Positions 17,612 through 27,092 of a stretch of DNA of 64,000 bases are shown here, piece by piece. The stretch lies in IMG/VR virus record IMGVR_UViG_3300042518_000285, positions 981 to 64,980 of that record. One strand, 5' to 3'. Both the position numbers and the translations under genes were made by a program. The stretch is from a virus (Duplodnaviria > Caudoviricetes). The notes beneath the pieces are model-generated. The model was not told the origin of the DNA and searched no databases. It saw nothing but the letters and a program-made list of their open reading frames with translations. Each line of letters begins with the position of its first letter. Position 1 is the stretch's first letter.

Positions 17612-17812
17612 ATGCTAGGTCAGCTAATAAAAGATGCAATACAGCAGGCTAAAGCGAAACAAGACGGCGCAGGTTCACCAAGCTATACATACGACCCTGT
17701 AAGCCAGACGTATCAGCAAGTTGGGGGTCGTGGTATGAAGAAGGGCGGCACCGCCTCTTCTCGCGCTGATGGCTGTGCTGTGCGTGGTAAGACTAAAGGG
17801 AGGATCGTGTAA
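17612..17812 (+). CDS. Small tagged protein (66 aa)
   Basis: C-terminal MKKGGTASSRADGCAVRGKTKGRIV; start revised to ATG 17612. Confidence 0.7.
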   Translation: MLGQLIKDAIQQAKAKQDGAGSPSYTYDPVSQTYQQVGGRGMKKGGTASSRADGCAVRGKTKGRIV

Positions 17813-18342
17813 TGGCTAAGACCGAGAGATCTCCGAAGATTGAAGCCGTGGGGGAAGAGTCCATGGAAGACGTAAAGCGGTCGGCACGTCAGGAGGCTCA
17901 GCACCGGCAAATGGAAAAAGAACTATATGGTGGGGGTCCTGAATCTCCGGGGGCTAAGCGTACCCGTAAGGAGGCCGCACTAAAAGATAAAACGATGCTG
18001 GGGTTGTATGCTGAAGAAAAAAGTCTTCCGCGTAAGCTTAAGAACGCTTTGACCGGTGAAGATGATTACGGTACTTCTCTAAGCAAAGGTGCAATGCAGG
18101 CGGCGGATAAAGCAGCTAAAGAACATGCGGAGACGGGGACGTGGAAAGACGGTAGCCCGTCTAAGACTCGCGGACAAATAAGTGCTGAATCAATGGACGT
18201 AGCACGTAAAGCCGCTCGTGAAGCAGCATCCGAAGAGCGTCGTGAAGCTCGCGGTATGAAATCTGGCGGTTCAGTAAAGTCCGCTTCTTCTCGTGCCGAT
18301 GGTTGCGCTATGCGTGGTAAGACTCGTGGAAAGATAGTGTGA
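17812..18342 (+). CDS. Charged helical tagged protein
   Basis: C-terminal MKSGGSVKSASSRADGCAMRGKTRGKIV. Confidence 0.75.
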   Translation: MAKTERSPKIEAVGEESMEDVKRSARQEAQHRQMEKELYGGGPESPGAKRTRKEAALKDKTMLGLYAEEKSLPRKLKNALTGEDDYGTSLSKGAMQAADKAAKEHAETGTWKDGSPSKTRGQISAESMDVARKAAREAASEERREARGMKSGGSVKSASSRADGCAMRGKTRGKIV

Positions 18343-18343
18343 G

Positions 18344-18577
18344 ATGAAGGCCCCGCAGCAAAGCCTGAAGTCGTGGACGGAGCAGAAATGGCGGACAAAG
18401 AGTGGCAAGCCGTCGTCGAAGACTGGCGAAAGGTACCTGCCAGAAGGCGCTATCAAAGCTCTAAGTCCAGCGGAGTACGCAGCAACGACCAAGGCGAAGA
18501 GGGCGGGGAAGAAAAGTGGCAAGCAGTTCGTCGCGCAACCAAAACGCATAGCCCAGAAGACCGCGAGGTTTAGGTAA
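18344..18577 (+). CDS. Small basic protein (resembles C-terminal half of DUF5872)
   Basis: QQSLKSWTEQKWRT...ERYLP...LS..EY..T..KR.G...GKQFV. Confidence 0.7.
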   Translation: MKAPQQSLKSWTEQKWRTKSGKPSSKTGERYLPEGAIKALSPAEYAATTKAKRAGKKSGKQFVAQPKRIAQKTARFR

Positions 18578-19320
18578 TGGCTTTTACAAACAACACAACG
18601 ACGTTCAACCCCGACCTCAATGAGATATTCGAAGAGGCGTTTGAGCGTTGCGGTTTGGAGTTGCGTACTGGCTATGACTTCCGTACGGCACGTAGAAGCC
18701 TGAACTTCCTGATTGGCGAGTGGGCGAACCGTGGTATCAACCTGTGGACTATTGAGCAGGGATCGATCAATCTTGTGCAAGGGCAGGTGACTTATGATCT
18801 ACCTAATGATACCGTTGATCTTCTGGAACATGTTATTCGCACTAATTCCGGACAGATTTCTAACCAGACCGACATCAACATCAGCCGCATAAGCGTCTCT
18901 ACTTACGCGACTATCCCGAACAAATTGACGCAGGGCAGACCGATTCAGGTGTGGGTAAACCGCCAGTCGGGGCAGCAGGTTGGATCGAATGCAGCGGTAC
19001 CGAAGTATCCACAGATTAATGTGTGGCCTTCGCCGGATCAGGGTTCGGTAGGCAACCCGTACTACATATTTTATTACTGGCGGTTGAAGCGTATTTTTGA
19101 TGCCGGAGACGGTACCAACGTGATTGATATTCCATTTCGCTTCCAGAACTGCTTGGTGGCAGGATTGGCGTACATGATTGCAGTTAAGAAGCCCGAGGTT
19201 GATCCAACCAGAATTCAGGCGTTGAAGCTGATGTACGACGAGGCTTGGGATTTTGCATCTGCGGAGGACAGGGAAAAAGCGCCGGATCGATTTGTGCCGC
19301 GTACTACTTTCTACAGGTGA
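18577..19320 (+). CDS. Probable head-tail adaptor / virion structural protein
   Basis: 247 aa; ARRSLN..EWANRGINLWT, WPSPD, LVAGLAY pattern; position in the structural module. Confidence 0.6.
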   Translation: MAFTNNTTTFNPDLNEIFEEAFERCGLELRTGYDFRTARRSLNFLIGEWANRGINLWTIEQGSINLVQGQVTYDLPNDTVDLLEHVIRTNSGQISNQTDINISRISVSTYATIPNKLTQGRPIQVWVNRQSGQQVGSNAAVPKYPQINVWPSPDQGSVGNPYYIFYYWRLKRIFDAGDGTNVIDIPFRFQNCLVAGLAYMIAVKKPEVDPTRIQALKLMYDEAWDFASAEDREKAPDRFVPRTTFYR

Positions 19321-19323
19321 TGT

Positions 19324-19746
19324 ATGCCCAGTAAGTACGCTAGTGGCAAACATAGTATTGCGGAATGTGATCGATGCGGGTTTCGGTACAAGCTGAAAGA
19401 GTTACGCAAGCTGACGATCAAGACCAAACAGGTGTCGATCAAGGTTTGCAAAAATTGTTGGGAACCAGATCAACCACAGCTTTCGTTAGGTCTATATCCG
19501 GTCAACGACCCACAGGCAGTGCGGGAGCCAAGACCAGACATAAGCTACTTGCAGTCAGGCTACAACGGGCTGCAATTAACTGAGACGCCGGGGACAGCAG
19601 TTGATGCTGATGGGTACCCAGAAGGCGGTAGTCGTATATTCCAGTGGGGTTGGTACCCAGTGGGTGGGGCAAGTGGTAATGACGCAGGGCTGACACCGAA
19701 TGCTTTAACGTCACCCGCACAAATAGGTAGTGTAACAATCTCGTAG
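19324..19746 (+). CDS. Zn-binding hypothetical protein
   Basis: CDRCG...CKNCWEPDQPQ. Confidence 0.7.
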   Translation: MPSKYASGKHSIAECDRCGFRYKLKELRKLTIKTKQVSIKVCKNCWEPDQPQLSLGLYPVNDPQAVREPRPDISYLQSGYNGLQLTETPGTAVDADGYPEGGSRIFQWGWYPVGGASGNDAGLTPNALTSPAQIGSVTIS

Positions 19747-19754
19747 GAGTGACT

Positions 19755-19919
19755 ATGGACAGCATGAAGAAAGTAGCCAAGGCAGAAGTCAAGGCACATG
19801 AGAAGCGTATGCACAAGGGCATGGCTAAGGGCGGCGTGACTGGCGAGGCCATGAAGAAGTACGGACGCAATATGGCACGAGCCATGAACCAGCGTGGCGG
19901 TGCTTCGCGGGGTCGATAA
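19755..19919 (+). CDS. Small basic protein (54 aa) with MAKGG motif
   Basis: Hand translation MDSMKKVAKAEVKAHEKRMHKGMAKGGVTG...; SD AGGAG, TAATG coupling. Confidence 0.65.
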   Translation: MDSMKKVAKAEVKAHEKRMHKGMAKGGVTGEAMKKYGRNMARAMNQRGGASRGR

Positions 19920-20176
19920 TGGCTAAATTTTCACAAAAGCAGAATGGCAAAGAAGTAGGCCAAGCTGCGGTTTATGCGGAGCCACACACTATGGACGCTA
20001 AAAAAGTAACGGCGCAAGTGCCTGAAAAGACTGGTACACAATACACCAACGAGATGAATATCGCGGGGGGTGTGGTCAGCAAGGGCAACTACAAGGAACC
20101 CAAAACGACCGGCATCAAGATTCGCGGTACGGGTGCGGCTACTAAAGGTACGATGGCACGAGGCCCAATGGGTTGA
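19919..20176 (+). CDS. Small basic protein
   Basis: C-terminal KIRGTGAATKGTMARGPMG. Confidence 0.7.
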   Translation: MAKFSQKQNGKEVGQAAVYAEPHTMDAKKVTAQVPEKTGTQYTNEMNIAGGVVSKGNYKEPKTTGIKIRGTGAATKGTMARGPMG

Positions 20177-20184
20177 GGTGAACT

Positions 20185-20868
20185 GTGAATTACACAGAGC
20201 TTGTTGCTGAGATTCAGGCGTATACGCAGAACTACGAAAGCGATTTCGTAGCGAACATCCCTACGTTTGTTAAGCAAACAGAAACCCGTGTGTACAACAC
20301 GGTGCAGATTCCTGCACTCCGTAAAAACGTCACGGGTATAACTACTAATGACATCCAGTATCTATCGTGCCCTTCTGACTTCTTGTCGGTCTTCTCGATG
20401 GCGGTAATCGACGGTGGTGGTAGTTACGAGTATTTGCTGAACAAAGACGTAAACTTTTTACGTGCAGCGTACCCAAACCCAAACACCAAAGGGATTCCGA
20501 AGTACTACGCGTTGTTCGGTCCAACGGTGGCTTCAAACATCATTACGGACGAGCTTAGTTTTATCTTGGCTCCTACACCCGATGCCCAGTACAGCGTAGA
20601 ACTACACTATTACTACTACCCAGTATCGATTGCTGATGAAGAGCTAAACCCTAGCGGTACTTCGTGGCTTGGCGACAACTACTCACCGGTGCTGCTGTAC
20701 GGCTCGTTGGTAGAAGCTTACACCTTCATGAAAGGTGAGCAGGACATGATGACGTACTACGAGAAGAAGTATCAGGATGCTCTGATGCAGCTCAATCGTC
20801 TGGGTACAGGTCTGGAGCGTGGTGATGCGTACCGTGACGGTCAGGCGAAGATTAAGGTCAACCCATGA
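20185..20868 (+). CDS. Probable tail adaptor/tubular structural protein
   Basis: MNYTEL..., PKYYA, LAPTPD, LLYGSLVEA motifs; SD GAGGTG. Confidence 0.6.
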   Translation: MNYTELVAEIQAYTQNYESDFVANIPTFVKQTETRVYNTVQIPALRKNVTGITTNDIQYLSCPSDFLSVFSMAVIDGGGSYEYLLNKDVNFLRAAYPNPNTKGIPKYYALFGPTVASNIITDELSFILAPTPDAQYSVELHYYYYPVSIADEELNPSGTSWLGDNYSPVLLYGSLVEAYTFMKGEQDMMTYYEKKYQDALMQLNRLGTGLERGDAYRDGQAKIKVNP

Positions 20869-21296
20869 TTCAGCAAGGACTGACGAACAGCTTCAAACAA
20901 GACATGCTCCAAGCAGGGCAGAACTTGGTAGCCGATACGATATATATGGCGCTGTATACGGCGTTTTCTGATATTGGTCCTGAGACAACTGTGTACACTA
21001 CTGACAATGAAGTAGTTGGTACGGGCTATACCGCTGGGGGTGTGGTTGTAACAGGTGCGGCAATTAGCACTCAAACTACTGGTCCTGAGGCAGGGACTGT
21101 GTATGTGGATTTCGCTAATGTGTCATGGCCCGGCGCTGAATTTGTAGCTCGTGGTGCTTTGATCTATAACTCGACTCGTGGCAACAAGTCTGTAGCAGTG
21201 TTGGATTTTGGCTCAGACAAAACTTTTACATCAACTAGCAATACCGTCACTTTGCCAGCAAACACTGCAACGACGGCTTTAATTCGTTTTCCTTGA
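20865..21296 (+). CDS. Virion structural protein
   Basis: ALYT...NEV.GTGYTAGG...ARGALIYN...VLDFG. Confidence 0.7.
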   Translation: MIQQGLTNSFKQDMLQAGQNLVADTIYMALYTAFSDIGPETTVYTTDNEVVGTGYTAGGVVVTGAAISTQTTGPEAGTVYVDFANVSWPGAEFVARGALIYNSTRGNKSVAVLDFGSDKTFTSTSNTVTLPANTATTALIRFP

Positions 21297-21305
21297 GGAG
21301 TGATC

Positions 21306-21878
21306 ATGCCTATCGCAAAATCGACAATGGGTGAGACTGTCCAAGCTGGCGTGAGCAAACTCACGGCAAGCGACGGTCGTGTAAAACTAGGTGGTGTGTT
21401 CAAGGTCGAGTGCTTTGGACCAGACGGTAAGAAGAAGTGGGGTGATGAGTTCCATAACCTCGTCGTCAATGAAGGTCTGCAAGACTTGAACTCGAAATAT
21501 TTTAAAGCCTCTGGCTATACCGCTGCTTGGTACCTTGGTCTAGTTACCGGTCCGGGTTCGGGTACTGTATTCGCCGCTGGAGATACTCTAGTTTCTCACG
21601 TTGGTTGGACTGAAGATACTAACTACACCGGCAACCGTAAGGCTGTTACGTTTGGCACTGCTACACTGGCTGACCCATCGGTTATCGATAACTCGGCAAG
21701 CCCTGCGGTGTTTAACATCAACAACACCACGACTGTTGCAGGCGCGTTCTTGGCTTCGGTAGCGTCCGGTACATCGGGTATTCTGTTTTCCGAAGGCGAC
21801 TTCACTGGCGGCGATAAGCTTGTAGCTAGTGGCGATACCCTAAACGTCACATACACTTTCTCGGCTGACGCTGTTTAA
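21306..21878 (+). CDS. Virion structural protein
   Basis: SD GAGGAG; NLVVNEG...GDTLNVTY beta-rich pattern. Confidence 0.7.
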   Translation: MPIAKSTMGETVQAGVSKLTASDGRVKLGGVFKVECFGPDGKKKWGDEFHNLVVNEGLQDLNSKYFKASGYTAAWYLGLVTGPGSGTVFAAGDTLVSHVGWTEDTNYTGNRKAVTFGTATLADPSVIDNSASPAVFNINNTTTVAGAFLASVASGTSGILFSEGDFTGGDKLVASGDTLNVTYTFSADAV

Positions 21879-21891
21879 TTGAGGAGCAGTT

Positions 21892-22071
21892 ATGGCTACT
21901 ACGTTTAAAAAAGGCGACACCGTGAAGTTGGTGGTTGCCGTCCCGCAAGGTCCAGTTGAGGCTTTGCGTATGGACGAAGACGGTAATTTTTTCTATCTTG
22001 TTTCGTGGACTGATGACAACGGTGTCGTGCAATCTCGTTGGTTTGAAGAGGCGCAACTGACTACTGCATAA
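21892..22071 (+). CDS. Small protein (59 aa), YodC/DUF2158-like pattern
   Basis: Hand translation MATTFKKGDTVKL...GPV...SW...RWFEEAQL; SD GAGGAG. Confidence 0.65.
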   Translation: MATTFKKGDTVKLVVAVPQGPVEALRMDEDGNFFYLVSWTDDNGVVQSRWFEEAQLTTA

Positions 22072-22084
22072 AAGGTGAAGGCGC

Positions 22085-23359
22085 ATGTTGTTTGGCACTA
22101 CAGCTTTTTCACAAGCGCCTTTTTCCTCGGTAGTAGGCGGGAGTATATTTTTTGTCGCGGTATCGGAAGCGGTTAATTGTTCCGCTACAGAAGCTTGTGT
22201 CGGTATATTCCCAGCGGCACTAGTTGATACAGTTCAGTTCTTAGATACGGTTGAAGATGATCGGTTTGTGTTTGCCGATATTGCAGACGCTGCAAATTTT
22301 AGTAGCGTAGTTTCTGTACAAACTGTATTTGATGGGCAGATCGACGAAGATACGCAATTTGACGCAGTTGTTTCAGCACTCCAAACAGCAGTATCTGCCG
22401 TATCAGAAGAAATTAATTTCAGTAGTACTGTAACCGATACCGTTAATTTGTTGGTATCAATAAGCGAGGCAATTGCTGCTACTGGTAGTAGTGTTGGGGC
22501 ATTACTTGTAGTTCGTGCTGTTTCGGAAGAAGTACACGTCACTACTTCTTTGTTCGCTGTTGGTGGGGTTGTAACAGCAGACATACTAGAAGCGATTGAC
22601 GCATACGATCTGAACATTACGTCTAATGTCGCTATTAGCCTATTTGAAGATCGTATTGAGATGGCAAGCACGGTGGTGCCTCTGCTTACTGCGGTAGCAA
22701 CAGCCGCCGAACAAATAAATACAAGTTCTACGGAAGCAGCTACAGCAGACATATTAAGAGCTGTAGCCGAAGCGATAAATGCTAGTTCGACAGAGGTAGC
22801 ACAAGCTGATTTTGCAGTAGATATTGATGAGGATGCGCAGTTTAACGATACGGTATCCGGTGCGCAGACCGCCTTTGGTGCACAGGATGAAACGGCTAAT
22901 TTTGACAATACCCAGTCTGTTCAGGTGAGTTTTGTAGGGGCGCTACTTGAATCCTTAGCGGCAAGTGACGCACAATCTGTACAGACTAACTTCGTTACAT
23001 TTATCAATGAATCGCTTTCGGTTAATGATCTGGAAGCAACTAATGTTGACTTTGTAGCAATACAGGCAGAAGTTGTTCGATTATTAAGTTCTGTAGCTTC
23101 TAGGACGGATTTTGTTGCTGCGGTTCAGGAGCAGATACGGGCGCTAGATACGCCACTTGCCCGCCTCTTATGGGAATTGATTAATGACGGACAAGTACCA
23201 AACTGGCAAAATATGGGTAGCAATACTTCCCCGAACTGGGGGGTAATTGGAACCGCTGCAAGCTCTGGATGGCAAGGAATAGATACAGATACTTCGCCGG
23301 GATGGGATGAAGTAAATACTAATATCTCCAATCCTTGGCAGTCTATAAATACGTCATGA
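22085..23359 (+). CDS. Acidic repetitive fibre-like structural protein
   Basis: ~20-aa periodic repeats followed by Trp repeats spaced 11 aa apart. Confidence 0.75.
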   Translation: MLFGTTAFSQAPFSSVVGGSIFFVAVSEAVNCSATEACVGIFPAALVDTVQFLDTVEDDRFVFADIADAANFSSVVSVQTVFDGQIDEDTQFDAVVSALQTAVSAVSEEINFSSTVTDTVNLLVSISEAIAATGSSVGALLVVRAVSEEVHVTTSLFAVGGVVTADILEAIDAYDLNITSNVAISLFEDRIEMASTVVPLLTAVATAAEQINTSSTEAATADILRAVAEAINASSTEVAQADFAVDIDEDAQFNDTVSGAQTAFGAQDETANFDNTQSVQVSFVGALLESLAASDAQSVQTNFVTFINESLSVNDLEATNVDFVAIQAEVVRLLSSVASRTDFVAAVQEQIRALDTPLARLLWELINDGQVPNWQNMGSNTSPNWGVIGTAASSGWQGIDTDTSPGWDEVNTNISNPWQSINTS

Positions 23360-23366
23360 GGTAGGT

Positions 23367-26300
23367 ATGCCACTTGCAATACAAGACCGCGTAAGAGAGA
23401 CCACTACCACTACAGGTACGGGCAATATTACGCTTGACGGTGCAGTGACTGGGTTCCAGCCATTTAGCACCGCGATGGCTATTAGCGACACGACCTACTA
23501 CACAATCGCAGGGCAGGGCACCAATGAATGGGAAGTTGGTATTGGTACTCTAAACGACCCAACTACACTTGTCCGCACCACAGTACTAGATACGTCAAAC
23601 AATAACACCACCTTGGTGAACTTCTCTGCGGGTGTTAAAGACGTATTTATAACCTACCCCGCCAAAAAAGCTGTGTCCAAAGACATGATGGGCGGAACTG
23701 CTGGGATGTTGTCGTGGAACCCAGCCGGTGATGGTACGTTTACTCCGCGTTCTATAGCAACTAGTAATACTTCTGGCATCGGTATTTCGAGCAGTCTTAG
23801 CGTATCTAACCCCACGGGAGCGGCGGGAAACCCGACCATAAATAGTTCTATTACAAACACAGGTATCGTCCGCGCAAACAGTCGTGAACGAACCCGTCAA
23901 CTCAGCATATGGCAAAAGCCGCAGTATTGGAATATTTACGGGGAGGCTTATGGTTACTCTCCGTGGACAAATGGAGGAACCACCAATAACGGGTCGTTGT
24001 TCTACCTGCAAAAGGGCGGCGGGTTCAATAATACAGACACCCCAGATAACTACTACTGGGATAGAAACGCCCTCACTAATGATTCAGCAAACTATTTATT
24101 TTGGACTGTAATTGGCTTCCCACGAGCCAGTATTGATAGAAATAATTTCTTACGTAACTACTATTACATTGGGGATCAAAACGGAGGTAGTGGGCGTTGG
24201 TATCAGCGTGAATTGTTGCACGTGGCTGAAACTAATTGGCCTACCACAGCAAGGAGTATGCGCAGTAGTTCCGAACTTGTGTTGGGTATAAATTACGTTG
24301 ACCCAACAGAAGATACTTTTGCAGACGGTAACTCGTATAACTACGCCGTTGCTTTTGCAGGAGACGCAAGCCAAAACCCTACGGGCACGCGAGTAACAGG
24401 GCAGTTTCTTATTAGTGGAACGATAGGTACGCCGACGATCTTATCGTTGTCTGTTGTTTCAACGTCAGAGGTATACATACGTATCAACGGAGATAGATAC
24501 CATATTTCATATTGGACAGCAGACGGCACGGTTTCTGGGACGATAACCGGTGGGGGGTACTCTGCTTCAGAAACTACACTTACTTTTGCTGGCACTACTA
24601 CGCTCTACTACAATTACTGGGCTGAAGGTGACATCTCTTCTAAAACTTTTGTTCACGTATATAACAACAACACTGCTACTACATACTGGACATGGCAGTT
24701 AGGTGAAGACCGGGGCGGAACAGTTTGGCGAGTTTATGCTTTATCTGCTAATAGGGCTTCCTTTGTGGGGGGCATCCCATTTGTTGATACAGGAAATGGT
24801 TATGCCATAGAATTCCCATCGGCAAGATTACAACGTGTCTTTTCTACAAAATCAATGGCATTGCCATTGACCACTGACTCAAAAGCCCGTGGATTTACTA
24901 TCCAAGCAAGGTTTAGAGTAGATGACATTACCACTGCTAACCAGAACGTATTTTGGGTAGCAAGCAGTGCTGCGGCGGCTAACGGCATAAAAGTCATCGT
25001 CAACGAAGGCGGTGTAGATAGGCGGCTATCGGTCACACTTGCAACGACTGCCCCCGCCGCCATTGTCACTTCTCTTCGTGTCTGGCAATTTAACGACATA
25101 AATGAGTGGATTATTTTGACTTGGGTTTGGAACCCATTAGATACGGCATTCCCCGGCAGGTTGTATTGCAACGGCGTGATGTGCTTTAAAACAGCAAGCA
25201 ACCCATTTAGTGCTGCTACGGCGTGGTGGAACGTAGGTTCTACGGTTAACGCAACTGCGAATGGTTTTACCGGGTATTTTGCGTATTTGACGTTTGTTCC
25301 AGAAGTATGGGGCGCATACGTGCCGCAGGGTACTTGCCTTATTGATGTAGATCCGGGAGACCCCGCATGGACAAACGCTGGTAATAACTCCGGGCAAGAT
25401 GTCACTTTTTCATCTAGAAACAACTTTGGGTTCAGGGGCTATCTCCGTGGGTCAAGTTGGGGTATTGGCGCAAATATAAGAAACGACTTTAGTTATTATT
25501 TTGATGGCCCAGTTGTAGGTAGTGCGGCGGAAAGTTTTACGCTCACAGGAGATTCGGTAAGCGGGTCTTCTACGATCACGTTCAGTAAAACAACTAGCGG
25601 TTTCAATAGGAACCCCGGATACTTTTTAATAACAGGAACCGGCATACCAACGACAACTAACGTCTACACAACATACATATATTTTGGTCAAAAGACGTTT
25701 GATTTAACTGACAGAGCCGGTTTTGTTAATGCTACGGCTACGGCAAACGGTACGACATTTACGTTTGTGCGGGTTAACTCATATACGTCATACTTACAAA
25801 TGCCCGGTAATGCGATTAACGTCGCTAAGTCAAACAACGTATCAGGTGTCTTTACAAACGAACTTGCTGGGATTAACGCATCTACAGAGACAACTACCTG
25901 CGCGTTCCCAACTATTACCTTCACTGCTGCGGCAGACGCTGGGATTAATACTTACTACACCACACAGAATAGTGCGGGTAACAACACGGCTGTAAGAAAT
26001 TTACAGAATGCGTTGGCTATTGGTAAAGTGTATACAGCATCTGGCAGTGGTTTGACTGCTACTAGCGCCACCATAGATAACGCAAGAATTGTTGCTGTTT
26101 ATTGGGATTATTTTGGAACAGGGTTGCACCTTATAGACATGAGTCGCAATAGAAATGCGGCAGTTGTTGCAAGCTCAACGATTACTTGCCGTTTTGTTCC
26201 CAACCCCTCCTGCACGTTCTATGACTTCGAGTTGCTTGGTGGGGATAGCGCCATGACTACCGACCAATCGGTAGAACTATATGGATATTCCCCTGATGCA

Positions 26301-26693
26301 GCTTGGTTCTCTTCCTCATTAGGGGATCAAGGAGGAACAGGGAACGCTAAAGCAATGATGGCAAGAGCGGGCATCGGTCAATGGCGCTTTATCCGTATTG
26401 CCCCACCCGGTTGTATCTATGATTCAGGAGTATTTAGAGCAACCGCTGCAACCTTTACTAGAAGAATGTACCTTGGCTATAGCTGTATTGGGTACCTCAT
26501 TACTTACGGTACAACAGGCGACTTTAACTTGTCTACGGTAAACCCTGTTGTATCTACCATAGCGTGGGCAGCGTCGAACGGTATGAACTCTGACGGCATA
26601 AGTTTGACGGTGACGGCGGGTACTGTTTACCGGGTAATTATTCTTCCGTTTAATCCGACTTTGGTAGGCGATTTTTACAATGGACAGTTTTAA
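23367..26693 (+). CDS. Tail fibre / receptor-binding protein with LamG-like segment
   Basis: N-terminal DRVRETTTTTGTG...WEVGIG anchor; FTIQARF...WIILTWVW...RLYCNG LamG-like region; followed by a chaperone gene. Confidence 0.75.
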   Translation: MPLAIQDRVRETTTTTGTGNITLDGAVTGFQPFSTAMAISDTTYYTIAGQGTNEWEVGIGTLNDPTTLVRTTVLDTSNNNTTLVNFSAGVKDVFITYPAKKAVSKDMMGGTAGMLSWNPAGDGTFTPRSIATSNTSGIGISSSLSVSNPTGAAGNPTINSSITNTGIVRANSRERTRQLSIWQKPQYWNIYGEAYGYSPWTNGGTTNNGSLFYLQKGGGFNNTDTPDNYYWDRNALTNDSANYLFWTVIGFPRASIDRNNFLRNYYYIGDQNGGSGRWYQRELLHVAETNWPTTARSMRSSSELVLGINYVDPTEDTFADGNSYNYAVAFAGDASQNPTGTRVTGQFLISGTIGTPTILSLSVVSTSEVYIRINGDRYHISYWTADGTVSGTITGGGYSASETTLTFAGTTTLYYNYWAEGDISSKTFVHVYNNNTATTYWTWQLGEDRGGTVWRVYALSANRASFVGGIPFVDTGNGYAIEFPSARLQRVFSTKSMALPLTTDSKARGFTIQARFRVDDITTANQNVFWVASSAAAANGIKVIVNEGGVDRRLSVTLATTAPAAIVTSLRVWQFNDINEWIILTWVWNPLDTAFPGRLYCNGVMCFKTASNPFSAATAWWNVGSTVNATANGFTGYFAYLTFVPEVWGAYVPQGTCLIDVDPGDPAWTNAGNNSGQDVTFSSRNNFGFRGYLRGSSWGIGANIRNDFSYYFDGPVVGSAAESFTLTGDSVSGSSTITFSKTTSGFNRNPGYFLITGTGIPTTTNVYTTYIYFGQKTFDLTDRAGFVNATATANGTTFTFVRVNSYTSYLQMPGNAINVAKSNNVSGVFTNELAGINASTETTTCAFPTITFTAAADAGINTYYTTQNSAGNNTAVRNLQNALAIGKVYTASGSGLTATSATIDNARIVAVYWDYFGTGLHLIDMSRNRNAAVVASSTITCRFVPNPSCTFYDFELLGGDSAMTTDQSVELYGYSPDAAWFSSSLGDQGGTGNAKAMMARAGIGQWRFIRIAPPGCIYDSGVFRATAATFTRRMYLGYSCIGYLITYGTTGDFNLSTVNPVVSTIAWAASNGMNSDGISLTVTAGTVYRVIILPFNPTLVGDFYNGQF

Positions 26694-27090
26694 TACAATA
26701 ATTGTAAACACCCCAACTTATGTTAGCCACGATGATCTTGGCTTCATCTACTCTGGCGATAAGCTTCATCGGGATGACTATGACGTTACGTCTAAAATGC
26801 ACCCATTCGATGGGAATTCTTATCGTTATGTCCCGGAGACAGAGAGTTGGGAGTTGAATCTCGATAGCGTGTGGGTAAAAGTCAGAGAAGAGCGTAACAA
26901 GAAGATTGACGCGTTTCGGTGGAAAGTAGACCGCCAGCGGGATTTGATTGATCTTGGTTTGGCAGAAGCAGCCACTCTAACGCCGTTGTTGCAGTATGTA
27001 CAGGCTTTGCGGGATATTCCGCAGACATTTACTGACCCGTTTGCCGTAGTGTTTCCGGATGAGCCGGACTATCTAAGTAATGAGGATTAA
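26680..27090 (+). CDS. Tail fibre assembly chaperone
   Basis: VREERN...[10 protein letters not shown]...FP.EP motif. Confidence 0.75.
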   Translation: MDSFNTIIVNTPTYVSHDDLGFIYSGDKLHRDDYDVTSKMHPFDGNSYRYVPETESWELNLDSVWVKVREERNKKIDAFRWKVDRQRDLIDLGLAEAATLTPLLQYVQALRDIPQTFTDPFAVVFPDEPDYLSNED

Positions 27091-27092
27091 TC

